A stretch of DNA of 64,000 nucleotides from the human T2T-CHM13v2.0 reference genome, Homo sapiens, in assembly GCF_009914755.1 (NCBI RefSeq), contig NC_060925.1, one strand, 5' to 3'. The notes beneath the pieces were generated by a model, which worked only from the letters and a program-made list of their open reading frames with translations, did not search any database and had not been told where the DNA came from. A program made the position numbers and the translations under genes. Positions 15,147 through 28,050 of this stretch are shown one piece after another (the first letter of the stretch is position 1; each line of letters begins with the position of its first letter).

Positions 15147-15882
15147 GGCACTGATGGTTTTATTTAGCACAGGCCCTGGGCACTCATGGTTTCACTGGGC
15201 ACAGGCCCTGGGCACTCATGGTTTCACTGGGCACAGGCCCTGGGCACTCATGGTTTCGTTGGGCACAGACACTGGGCACTCATGGTTTCATTGGGCACAG
15301 ACACTGGGCACTTATGGTTTCACTGGGTGCAGGCACTGGGCATGGATGGTTTCATTGGGTGCATGCCCTGAGCACTCATGGTTTCACTGGGCACAGGCCC
15401 TGGGCACTCATGGTTTCACTGGGTGCAGGCCCTGGGCACTCATGGTTTCATTGGGCGCAGACATTGGGCACTCATGGTTTCACTGGGCGCAGGCACTGGG
15501 CACTTATGGTTTCATTGGGTGCAGGCGCTGGGCATGGATGGTTTCATTGGGTGCAGGCCCTGGGCATGGATGGTTTCATTGGGCACAGACACTGGGCACT
15601 CATGGTTTCATTGGGTGCAGGCACTGGGCATGGATGGTTTCATTGGGTGTATGCCCTGGGCACTCATGGTTTCACTGGGCACAGGCCCTGGGCACTCATG
15701 GTTTCATTGGGCGCAGACACTGGGCACTTATTGTTTCATTGGGTGCAGACACTGGGCATGGATGGTTTCATTGGGTGCAGGCCCTGGGCACTCATGCTTT
15801 CATTGGGCGCAGGCACTGGGCACTCATGGTTTCATTGGGCGCAGGCACTGGGCACTCATGGTTTCACTGGGTGCAGATACCT
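15147..15882. repeat. Minisatellite/VNTR, 32-bp unit GGCACTCATGGTTTCA(C/T)TGGG(C/T)(A/G)CAG(G/A)C(C/A)CTG, 23 copies, no indels
   Basis: Units start at 15147, 15179, 15211 ... 15851 in exact 32-bp phase; only substitution variants. Confidence 0.97.
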
Positions 15883-16759
15883 AGCACACAAAGCAGTCCT
15901 ATTTGCCCATCTATGGCTGAGCAGAGTGAGCTCACAGTCAGTGACCCCTTCCCAGGCCCCACCCCCACTAGCACAGGAGTTCCCGCTGTGTGCACCCATG
16001 GCGTGGCTCTGGGGTGGCTCTGGGTGGCCCTCATCACTTGGACTGCCTTTTCTTCTTTTCTCGTCTGCCCTCCCCTAAGCTGTAGCTCCATTTCTGTCTT
16101 GCACGCTGCTGCAGCTTCAGCACCCACCGTGGTACCTGGCTCGCTGTGGTGTTCCGCACATGTTGTTAAATTTAAATTGTTAAATGATTGGATGAGCCTG
16201 ACGTGAGATGAGGACCTGCCCAGAGTCATCCAGCTGCTCATCCACAGAGCCTGGGCTGTCCTGCCACGAAGCCCTTGCCAGTCACTATGCCTTCTTGACT
16301 TCCCATGGCACCATGACTGTCACACTGCACTGTGGCACAGTGTACCTCCACCTTCCTCCTTCTGCTTCTGTTTTTGGGAGTTCAGTCAAAGCTGACATGT
16401 TGCCCAAGACTAGAGGGGAGAGTGTGGAGGCCGGAGAGGATGGCCAGGTCCTGGGTGTGGAGGTTGCTTCCTGCCCCTCCTCCTCCCCCACCACAGGGGC
16501 CTGGAGAAGGTAGGGTGGTGTCCTCAGTGAGGATGGTCTGAAGGGGGCCCAGGAGCAGAGGGAGGAGTCATGGTTGGTTGGAAATTAGGACAACCAATGC
16601 AGGAAGCTCTCTGTCACAGCTTGCCCATTCTGTAGGTGAGATCCGTGAAGGTCAGGAAGTTGAATAACCTACCTAAGTTTATCTGGCTACTTAGGGGAAG
16701 AACAGAGTTCAGACTTGAACTTGAGGTGCCCTAATGAGTGTAAGAGTTTGAGGGGGTCA

Positions 16760-17295
16760 TTCACAAGCATACCCTCGCTTCTGACACTAAGTGTAAATTC
16801 AGGGCAGGACCACTCTGTGGTTCCATAATTCACTGAAGGACTCACAGAACTTGCTGAAATCTGTTATGCGTGTGGTTAAGGCTTATCAGAGTGAAAGGAC
16901 ACAGATTAAAATCAGCTGAGGGAAGAGACACATGGGGTAGGGTGCAGACAGGTTCTGGGTGGGGATTCCAGCCATCCTCTATGGGTAAGTTGTGGGACCA
17001 CTAGCGTCTCCCCACAGCCTGTGTGTCGGTGTCGCCAACCAGGAAGCTCGCTGGGCCTTGGTGCCCAGTCTTTACTGGGGCTCACACATAGACCTGGTTA
17101 GCTACCCACATGTCTTCAGCCTCCAGCCCTGCCTAGGACAAGCTGAGGTCATGGGACCCCAAACACACCCCCTTATCACATTGTTAGACTCTCGAGCATG
17201 GCCCAAAGCTCCAAAGACACTCTCACCTGATCAGTCCCCTCCTAGGAGCCCAGGGCACAGCCCAGACCTCTCTGTGGGTAAGGTTAATTCTTGAT
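16760..17295. mobile_element. ERV LTR relic (MER21-like)
   Basis: cttctgacact...aaggactcacagaact...cagattaaaatcagc...cagacctctctgtgggtaaggttaattc resembles the MER21 consensus as recalled. Confidence 0.7.
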
Positions 17296-17473
17296 TGAAT
17301 AGAGTACTATGTAGGAGAGTGTCTAGGAACTAAATTCGGGCTTATTCCCTGATAGACTCTTCTCACCCCGGGTCAAGGTACTTCAGGCCCTTGCCATGGC
17401 CCACTGGTGACGTGGGTCCCTGCTGCGGCGTTCAGGCCCCTTGCTTACATCACGGCACTTCTCTCTTTTCCAG

Positions 17474-17633
17474 ACTGACAGCAGCAATCACAGTCACATT
17501 CCACAGCCTCTCCAGCACCCAGCCAGCTCTCCGCGGGGGCAGCAGGGACTGGTCCACCCAACAACAGCAGCCATGTCCTCACCTCTTGCTACAGCAGCAA
17601 CTTTATTTGATTTGATGTATATGAAGAAATAAA
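17474..17633 (+). other. Candidate terminal exon (host unknown)
   Basis: Branch-like CTTAC at 17444, then cttctctcttttccAG acceptor, a 52-codon phase-0 frame to TAA 17630-17632, and an overlapping AATAAA at 17628-17633. Confidence 0.3.
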
Positions 17634-18294
17634 ACTCAGAAGTCAATTGACTTAAACATGGAACAATGCAGCTTGGTTATTATGGTGTATGCTAAATTTT
17701 AATGGCATTTAGAAAGCGTTTTGTGTGGTAGAAAATAGAAGCAAACCCATCAAACCCCAACTATGCTCTGTGTTTTATAGTGCAGAACGTTTTTCTGCTA
17801 CAATCCAAAGACTTTAAAATGTAATAAGGTACATTTGAACCCAAGGGTTTTAAAATCGACGTAAGAAACGTGCACATCCAGAAATGGAGTAAAATAATCC
17901 ATTACTGTCCGGGTCGTATTCGAGGGAAGACACACATTCCTGGAAAGGCTTTTAACATTTCATGTTCCACAGACTCTTATTTATTGACACGTATTAGTGT
18001 TCAAGGATTAATATATCGCTAAGTGAGAAAGAAAAGTGTGGTTGGGAGGGGTTTTGATAGTCGGCGTTCTTGGGTTTCTTGCTATTTTTGAATGCATTTA
18101 CTCAGATATATTTAAAATCACATGCCACATAAATGGATATATCAATTGAGAAATAAGGCAAATTTTCCATTCTTACATTTCATTAAAAACACATTCCGAC
18201 TGTCACATGTCTATATCCCCCTTGTCCTTCCCACCAAACATGATTTTTCAGAGCCCGCCATTATTGCCCTGGGTCCTGGGATATGGCACTTTCT

Positions 18295-18610
<316 letters not shown>

Positions 18611-18637
18611 TGGATGTGGCACTTTCTAATGCTCTGG

Positions 18638-18943
18638 GTTTTGTTTGTTTGTTTGTTTCGAGATGGAGTCCTGCTTTGTCACCCAGGCTGGAGTGCAGTG
18701 GCGTATCTCGGCTCACTGCAACCTCCACCTCCTGGGTTCAAGTGATTATCTTGCCTCAGCCTCCTGAGTAGCTGGGATTACAGGCGCCTGCCACCCCGCC
18801 TGGCTAATTTTTTTTGCATTTTTAGTAGAGATGGGGTTTCATCATGTTGGCCAGGCTGATCTCAAACTCCTGACCTCAGGTGATCTGCCCGCCTCGGCCT
18901 CCCAAAGTGCCGGGATTACAGGCATGAGCCACCATGCCCAGCC
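18638..18943 (-). mobile_element. AluSx-type
   Basis: (TTTG)n tail and a full reverse-complement Alu dimer. Confidence 0.93.
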
Positions 18944-19185
18944 ACACTCCATGTTTTCTATCGCCCTGTCTGTATTTCAGAGTTTCCTGGCCGTCCTCAT
19001 CAAAGGTGCTCAGGAGTTTCTATGGCTCAACACAGTGTGAGAGTTCTCAGGAATGGCCCGGCCTCTGTGGGTGGTGCAGAAGCTGCCTGCAGAAATCTGC
19101 CCACATCCCCGACATTCATTTGACAGATGAACCCGTTTCCATGATCTTCAGTTTAGGGCTGAAGAAATCCTGAAATCTTCTGGTT

Positions 19186-19285
19186 CAGTGGTTCTCCACT
19201 GAGGATGATTTTGTCCCCCCACTCCAGGGACATTTTTGGTTACCATGACTAGGAAGTAGAGGGTGGCCCTCTGGGCATCTGATGA
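19186..19285 (+). mobile_element. MER20-like hAT DNA transposon fragment
   Basis: cagtggttctc...gattttgtcccccc...agggacatttttggtt. Confidence 0.55.
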
Positions 19286-20150
19286 CATCTGAGATCTAGG
19301 AAGGTTCTGCATCATCTCAGATCACACAACTGGCCAGTGGCTGAGATGGAGCAAAACTCCTGGAGTCCAGACCCAGCCTGGGGAAGTCCTGGGCTGAGCG
19401 TGCACCTCTCTTCTTTACTGTTGCACCCCTGCCCCACCCGGGCTCTGACCTCTCCCTGAAGCTTCTACGCCAGTAGTGTGGCTTGGGCTCACAGTGTCAA
19501 GAACAGCCAGGTCTTCCTGGGTTGAGGCTGCCAGGCTTAGCCGTCCTCCTATCCTAAATCCCTCCCCAACCTCCCTTAATCTCCAGCCACCGCCAGAGCC
19601 CATCCTTGCCCTTCAGAAGCTGCTCTCCTTCGTGCAATATGGGTGAGGCCATTGCAGGTCCTTTAGGGGACAGCACAGACCTGCTTGATGCCAATAAGCA
19701 CAAATCTAGGTAAGACTGAAAATGTTGGTGAGATTTTTGTGAGTATCCTTGCTGTATGTGTTTAGTTTTTTGTTTGTTGTTTAGTTAAACTAGCATGCAG
19801 TTTCTTTTTCAAAAGCTCAAAAGTATCCACATCCTACCCCACCGTCTAGTCGAGCTGCACGTCTTTCCTGGGCTGGGTCTGTTGCAGGCTGATCACTGAG
19901 CAGCTGCGGACGTAGTGGGCCCGTGATTGGGCATCTCGCGTTATTACGTAGCCTTGCCCGTGAACACGTCTCTGTGTTTCTCAATCAACTTCATCACCGT
20001 CAGTGTTAATAATTACAATCGCCACAGTGATGGAGCCCCGTGCCAGCGCTGCCATGAGTGCTTTGTGTGTAGGAGCTAATTTGATACCCACAGCAGCCTT
20101 GCAGCCCCATGTGCTCTTATTACCCTGTCGCACAGAAGTGATGCACAGAG

Positions 20151-20330
20151 AGATGAGACACGTGGCTTCCGGTTGCAGAGCTAGTCGGCAATAGGACCAG
20201 GATCTGAACCCAAAACAGCCATCTAGAGCCGCCCGCATAGCCACCATCCTACAATGCTTCTCCCTTTCAATGGCTGCACCCTGGTGGAGCAAAGGGGCCA
20301 GGCCCCATTGAAGTGGCCCTGGGCCAACCA
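20151..20330 (+). repeat. Local direct duplication, copy 1 (MIR-derived half plus unique half)
   Basis: 154/180 identical without gaps to 22221-22400 (hand count). Confidence 0.93.
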
Positions 20331-20484
20331 GGTAGTGCTTCCACAGTGCCTTTACTCAGAGCTCTGTCACCAACCTGGTGTCACCGTAGAAGCTCCACAG
20401 GTTCTTGCCAGCTCCTTCCACCCCAACATGTAGCCTGCAGGAGGCATGGGAACCAGGGGAAGAAATGAATTGGTGATTCTAGTG

Positions 20485-20685
20485 CAGAGTCTGTCAATCT
20501 TGGCTCTATCAGCCATGGCACTGGGTCATTCTTGGTTGTGGGGGGCTGTCCTGTGCATTGTAGGACATGCAGCAGCATCCTTGGCCTCCACCTCCTGGAG
20601 TATTTCTACCCAGTAGTACCCCGTCTCTGCCAGTCGTGACTGCTAAGCAAGTCTCCAGACTTTGCTAAATGTCGCTGGAGCTGCC
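20485..20685 (-). mobile_element. MER20-like hAT DNA transposon
   Basis: ttgtggggggctgtcctgtgcattgtagga...agcagcatccttggcctc...gtctccagactttgctaaatgtc. Confidence 0.75.
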
Positions 20686-22220
20686 AAAGCTCCAGCATAA
20701 GCAAGGGTTTTGCTAAAGCCCAGGATTTGATTCGCTGTGGATTTCAGTTCCCCCAGCCCCAGGGAGCCCCGAGTTGGCTGCGACTGAATGAAGTGAGACG
20801 TGGGCCTAGGCACTGTGCGCAGATGGGTGGGAGTGCTCCACCTCAGTCCACCGCCTCTCCCCTACTCGGGGGAAGCCTTGTAGGGTGGTGGCTACGTGGC
20901 CTCCACACTGCAGCGGGGGAAGGTTGCACTCAGACTCACTCTGAGTCCCACAGAGCAGAGGAGCCAAGAGACAACAGGAAACCCAAAACAATGATCACCT
21001 GCTTCCAGACAACTTTGCTTTTTTGCCTTGTGGGGAAACTTATAAATTATTTGGAGAGCAATATTAGTCTTTTTGCTTCTGAAAAAGGTTCTGCATCTTT
21101 GATAGAGCCTGGTTTTGAAACATAACTCACAGAGTTGTACAAATACCCCATCAATAGTGCAGTGGCTCATTTCATTGTTCTCAGCGCATGGAATCTTCAT
21201 TATTTGCACTGTTGATAAAAGGCAGCATTTTCAGCAGATCTGCACTACTCCATTTAGCTGAGAACAATGATTTATTCCTCCCTCACTATTGGACATCCTC
21301 AATTTCCTTGGGTAATAAAGAATGCTCCCATGGATGGGATGAACAGGAGCGACCGGCTGCTCTGAGCCTGGCAAAGTCAGGAAGAGCAAGAAGGGTCCTG
21401 ACTGGTGGCTCCTGCCCAGGGAGAAGGACCCAGAGCCTGCCTCCCCCCCTCACTGGCAACCACAGCCTGTGGTGGAAGTCCGGAGTTAGTACACGTCATT
21501 GACAAATTGCCCAGGAAGCAGCCGGGCCCCTGATGGAAAACTGCCCATCTCAGCACAGACAGTGCGCCTGGTCCCAAACGCTCCTTTCTACGTGGAGGTG
21601 AAATTCGAATAGAGCCCTTATTCAATACCACAACTCAGGGATGGGCAAAGTTGTGAGCATGTATGCATGCCTGCTCTTGTTTTCTCCGTATTAGAAAATT
21701 CACAGACTGCTGAGAGAGGGAAAATAAGAGTAATAGCTTCAAACTGGAAATGGAAGAACTTTCACATTCAACACAAAAGGGAATTGTTGCAATCCTAGGG
21801 CAAACGAGAAAAGAGCCCAGCCTGCTGCTTAGCAGAGGACGCAGGCATGGGGAGAGGAGGAGGGGCTGCCAACAATGACAAAAAATTCTGCCTAGCAGTT
21901 TGCTCCATTGCAGCCTTGCCTGGGTGGAAGGGAAGAAGATTGGAGACTTCCAGCACCTTGGAACAGATTAATGGCTCTAGAGATGCCACACCTATTGGTG
22001 GATGGCTTCTAGCCTTACCTTTACAAGGAGCCAAATATAAGGAAGCAGGCGTGCGGCACCCCTGAGCAATGGGCATGCACGCTCACCAGATACCAGGACA
22101 CTGGAGAGTTGTGTGCGTGGAAGTGAGGGCTCAAGGAACTCTCTGGGCTTCTTACCAGCCTCTAGGCCACTCACTATTCATGCTGTTATTACCCCCACGT
22201 TGCAAGGGAATGAAGCTCAG

Positions 22221-22400
22221 AGATGAGACACGTGGCTTCTGGTCGCAGAGCTAGTCGGCAGCGGGACCAGGATCTGAAGCCAAAACAACCATCTAGAGCT
22301 GCCCATATAGCCTTCACCCTACAATGCTTCTCGCTTTCAATGGCTGCACCCTGGTAGAGCAGTGGGGCTGGGTCCTGTTAAAGTAGCCCTGGGCTAACCT
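22221..22400 (+). repeat. Local direct duplication, copy 2
   Basis: Offset exactly 2070 bp from copy 1; ~86% identity. Confidence 0.93.
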
Positions 22401-24699
22401 GGTGGATGCGATAACCAGCAGATAGCCACCAGCCCAGCCAGGTCAGACCCAGAGATGAAACACTGTTTCGTTTCTTCCCTGCATCCCCTGGGGTTGTCTG
22501 CAGGGTGCTTGCAGGGCTCCTTGGTAGAGCTACTTTTTCCTAGAAGGTTCTAGAAGCAGAGGATGAATGAATCTGTGGCTGGGTCCTTTGTGTTGGGGCA
22601 TTAGGAGTTGAGATGAGCTTCTGGGAGATAGGGCACCGTGGGGCACATTTTAGAGAGGACGCCAGTGCATGCAGGGCCATTGTCCTCAGCTTCCAACCAA
22701 ATAACAAGGATTACCCAACCCAGCCCCTGACCCGAAACCACCATTGGCCACACCCTAGAGACTCCAGTGGGGCCCTTGAATCACCTCACCAGGCAGGAGC
22801 AAAATCCTGTTTCAAAGAGTAATTGTTGCTATGGCAACTGGCCTTATGCACTCACCTGGTTGCCACTGGGGGACTGAGGCGGACGCACATGGTGTGTTGG
22901 CAGAGAAAGGAAAAAATGCCAGCCCTGGGACCAACACCCGTGGGGACAGGCAAGGGAGTTGAGGTGTCCAGCCATCAAAACCCATCTTCCCGTCTGGAGC
23001 AGCAACAGGCCGGGCCTTCCCCTGTGCAGGCTGGCACCACTGATTAGGGGACCTGTGTCCCCATGGTTACCCAGGCTGGAGGATGGCAGTAAATACTGGG
23101 GCCTCGATTCCAGGCAAGAGATGTTAGACTCAGGTTTGTTTGTGAATGTGAGAATTGGATATTTCCTACCATAAAGGCCTTTCCATTAATTAATGCAAAC
23201 ATTAAAGCTTTATAGAGCTGGCTTCTTCTAAGTCACCCTTTGTCAACAGAGACAGGGTGGACAGAAGGGGGCAGGGAGAGGTACCCTGTAGGACAGGAAG
23301 CAGCGGACTGGGGCAAGGGCCACTCTGCTCTTCCCAGGTGGGGCCCTTCCTATCAGGAGGCAGGCCTACCAAGGGGTCTCCCAGCTGCCTCACCAGCTCG
23401 CTTCCCTCAGACTAAGAGCCCCTGAGTCCTCAGTTTTTAAAACACTAATAGGGAGGCCAAATAAATATTTCAAGGTCACCTAAGGGCTCCCTTGGGTCTT
23501 GTTTATTTATAGCATCCTGGCCACCTCCATCTAGAAATGTTTCAAAGTGCAGAAGTATGAATAGTAAGAAGGCAGCTCTTCATTTATTTATTTGGTTATG
23601 AATGTATTTATTTTCGCTGTCTCTGCCAACTCGAAGGGCCTGGGCATAACTGGCCAGCACATGGCCCTGCTCTGGCCCTTGGCATCTGCCTGCTTGCTCA
23701 GGGAGCATCTAAGTGGAACTCTGCATTGCATTTAGTCCTCAGCTGCAAAAAGGAAGCTAGTTAGCTCCAGGGGGCTCGCGAGGAGACTGTACCTGCCACC
23801 ACACATACACGTGAGCCAAGGTGTGCTGTCATCCTGGAGACCCTGGCCCAATTCCCTGGAGCATCTATGGAGACAGAGTATAAGCAGTGCCTAATTTAGT
23901 GAGTCCAGCAGTGTGGACGTTCCATACCAGTGAACTCATGCAGCAGAAGGGGTCAGTATTAGCTGGGCTTCATTGTCCTCCCTCTATTCCTGGATGATAC
24001 CGCCCTCCTAAGAGGTAAGTGTCATCACACCCATTTCATACTAGAGACTGGAAGAGATCAAAATTGTAGCCCCAGGTTGTGAACGTGGAGGATGGTGGAG
24101 CTAGGACTTGAACCTGGCTCTGTCCGACGTCTTCCCCTGTCTCAACACTGGTGTCTCTTTTGCCCTGGAGATGGAAGCCAATGGTACTGTCTGCCCAGGA
24201 TTGGTTAACATTTGTCCCCAGCCCTTGCCTATGTGAGCAAAATGACCTCTCAGATAGGCTGCTCCCTGGGAGCTAGTCTGTCCTCAGCCTGTGTCCAAAG
24301 GCTCTAATGGATGAGATCACAGACCGGATCACAGATTCGGATCTGTCTGGAAGTGCTGGACCCCTGCTGCATGTCCATTCTGAAAAGTGCTCTGCCCAGG
24401 CAAGATGGCACTCAAGCTCCACTCTACATTAATTTAATTAATACAATTAATTTAGACCAAATCTAGTCTGTCCAACCCAGTCCCAACACATAGGGAGCAC
24501 TCGCCTGACCGAGGGCTGAGGGGCCCCCTTCACCTCTCTACCCCAGGAGAGACCTGACCACCTCCCAGAGTTCATTCATTCAAGCATTTACTAGGGACTT
24601 AAAAAGCGCAAGGCACTGGGAATACAGCAGCAATTAACACCGTCCTCGCTATGGGGAGACAGACAAGTAATAAATGTGTAAGAGCAGCAGTGAAAAGGC

Positions 24700-24985
24700 C
24701 AGGTGTAGAGGGGACCTCTGGCATGGCTCAACCAAGAGTCCGGCCCTGTCCTGCGATTCTTTCAATGCCTCCCTCCTCCTTACTGTTCTCTATTCTCAGG
24801 CCGACTTCCCTGTGTTAGTAAAATGACTGTAGTCATCTCAGGCCCCAGATATTCTCCACTGTCCTAAAGAAGAGAGAACCTCTCTTTTCCCAACCATTGG
24901 GTAAAAAGTCCGAGGTTTCGCTCTGGATCTGTTTAGGTCCTCTGACCTCCTGAACCAATCACTGCAGCTAGTGGATACAATTCAT
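24700..24985. mobile_element. Old MaLR LTR fragment (MLT1J/K-like)
   Basis: aaaatgactg...aagagagaacctctcttttccc...cctgaaccaatcactg motifs. Confidence 0.5.
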
Positions 24986-24990
24986 TTAGA

Positions 24991-25490
<500 letters not shown>

Positions 25491-25709
25491 CAGACACATC
25501 TGAGTCTGTCCTGGGAGATGGTGTTAGAGGAAATTCTCCCAATTGTAGTGAGCTTTACATAAGTGCTGGAGGGCAGTTGATCTATGCACTGTAGCACCTG
25601 CTATTCCTGTAGCCATTCAGCCAAAGAAGCCTGACGGCCTTGTATGTAACTAACTGTGTGCTCTGCCAGAGAGATCCTAGCTTCAGAGAGAGAGAGGAAG
25701 CCGTGTTAC

Positions 25710-26160
25710 ATAATCAGAGTAGCCAAAAGCCAGAAGCAACCCAAAAGTCCCTCCACAGAGGAATAAACAAAATGTGCTCTATCCATACGATGGAATAATA
25801 TTCACCCATAAACAGGAATGAAGTATGAACCCACGCTACCACCAGGATGAACCTGAGGACGTATTGCTGAGTGAAAGAAGTCAGTCGCAGCAGGCCGCAC
25901 ATGGTGTGTTTCATTTATGTGAACGTCCAGGCAAATCCACAGACACAGAAAGCGGGTGGGTGGTTGCCTGGGGCCGGGGGCAGGGAGGAGTGGGGAGGGG
26001 CTGCTTCAGGAGAATGGGGTTTCCTTTCAGGGTGATGAAATGTTTTAGAACTAGACAGTGGTGATGGTTACACAGCTGAGAACATCCTAACATCCACTGA
26101 CCTGTACACTTTAAAATGGTGAATTTTATGATATGTGAATTTTACTTCAATTAAAAAAAA
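25710..26160 (+). mobile_element. Old L1M (L1MB/MC-like) 3' end, the only plus-strand L1 piece seen
   Basis: tatccatacgatggaataatattc...ggatgaacctg...ctgagtgaaagaagtcag...gtacactttaaaatggtgaattttatg...caattaaaaaaaa. Confidence 0.85.
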
Positions 26161-27282
26161 ATCGGAGACCGAGTCAGAGGCCGCACTAAACTATGGGGCT
26201 GGTGGGGGATGAGGCCTGTGGGCCCAGCAGGTGCATTTAAAGTGGGGACCCAGGGGCCAGGGCTTCCTGGGAGGGACTTTATTCCAGCTTTTCCTTAGCT
26301 CATATCTTGCACCGGCTCCTCGAGGCACCCCATCCCCTTCCCCACTCTGTCTCTGACTTGCCTGGGTGGCCTGACAGTGGCCTGTGCGCCTCAGGGTGGC
26401 ACCTGCAGGCACCCTCCTCCCTGGCTTTCTTGAGCACCTGATGGTGAAATGCCACCATGCATGACAGAGTCTATAAATTTGCCTGCAGGTCTGGCATTTA
26501 TGTTTGGCACCTTTGTAAAAATATTATTTCCCATTGCTACCCAGTTTTTATAATGTCAATATACTAAGATCTACCTCTCAGTATTACAATTTATACACAA
26601 TGCTGCTTTCTTTATACCCTAGAGCACATGTGTTTTTCTAACTTAGCTTTCAAAAATAGTTGATTTTCAAAGAGATGTCGCAGGAGACTTGCTGTTGGCA
26701 GTGAAATAAGTTTTTTTATTGTGGTCTGGAGCAAAATATGTGATGGAATCCTTAATTGAAATTCACCTTTAACATTCAAGTTATATTTTTATTACAATTT
26801 GAATCCATTGTGAGGGATCGTTATCTGCAGAGATTCATTTCCTTCGGGAAGTTTCTTCTTTGGTGATGTAATTTAAATTCAGGGAGCCGGGAAAAAACAC
26901 CAGCGTCTCGTATTTCAAACCGCTGGCAGAAAAGGCTGCTGGTGTCAGTGCCCAGGAAACCGTAAAACAAAGCACTTTCTCTGTCTATGGATTGTCTTCC
27001 TGTTGCGTCCTCATCGGGGCATTCTGGGGCTTGTCTGAGCTTCTTAACCAGCAGAATTCCCTAGAAGGCAAGGGCAGTGGCCGTCTGAACTGGCAGGCAG
27101 CATTAAAAGGGGACTGAACTCCTTCACTGTCTTTGTTTCTGACACCTCGCTTTGATCTCTTGGCCTCCCGATGCCTCTCCTTGCCTCTTCCTCCTAAGGA
27201 CAGCTTTCCTTGTGTTCTCATTTTCCAAACAACACACATCAGCGAACCGACAAAGCCTGTCTGCGTGCGTCTGCCTTGCGCC

Positions 27283-27330
27283 ATGGAGCAGAGACTTGAG
27301 GCTGCGGCCAGGCAGAAACAGGACTGCCAA
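27283..27330 (+). other. Candidate alternative first coding exon end (MEQRLEAAARQKQDCQ | GT)
   Basis: Strong Kozak context gcgccATGG, 16 codons, phase-0 donor CAA|GTGAGC, local CpG enrichment, in a repeat-free block. Confidence 0.3.
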
Positions 27331-27675
27331 GTGAGCGGTGGAGAAAAAGGGCTGTTCTTAATCAGTAGTCATCACTTTGTGGAGGATAATGGCAATTTAA
27401 TTAATTGCCCAATGCCAGTGCTGAAGACAGGGTCTGCAGGAACATTGCTAGAATTTGAGGAAATTATTACAAATTGTGCATTCAACTCTTAGGATGAATA
27501 CCAAATCCAGACATCATATGTTTTAACATACCTATTATTTATATGCAAATCTGGCTCTTCAAAGAGGATTTCCCAGGAGCCCATGGGGTTAGTTTTCCTG
27601 TAGGCTCAGAAAGTGACTGTCCATTTGCCCGGCACGTCCCTCTCCTCTGGTATCCCAAGGAAGGTTGCCCAGTTA

Positions 27676-28050
<375 letters not shown>

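Noticed and set aside
15147-15882. CRISPR array (32-bp repeats)
   Set aside because: Units are head-to-tail with no unique spacers, there are no cas genes, and the DNA is primate.
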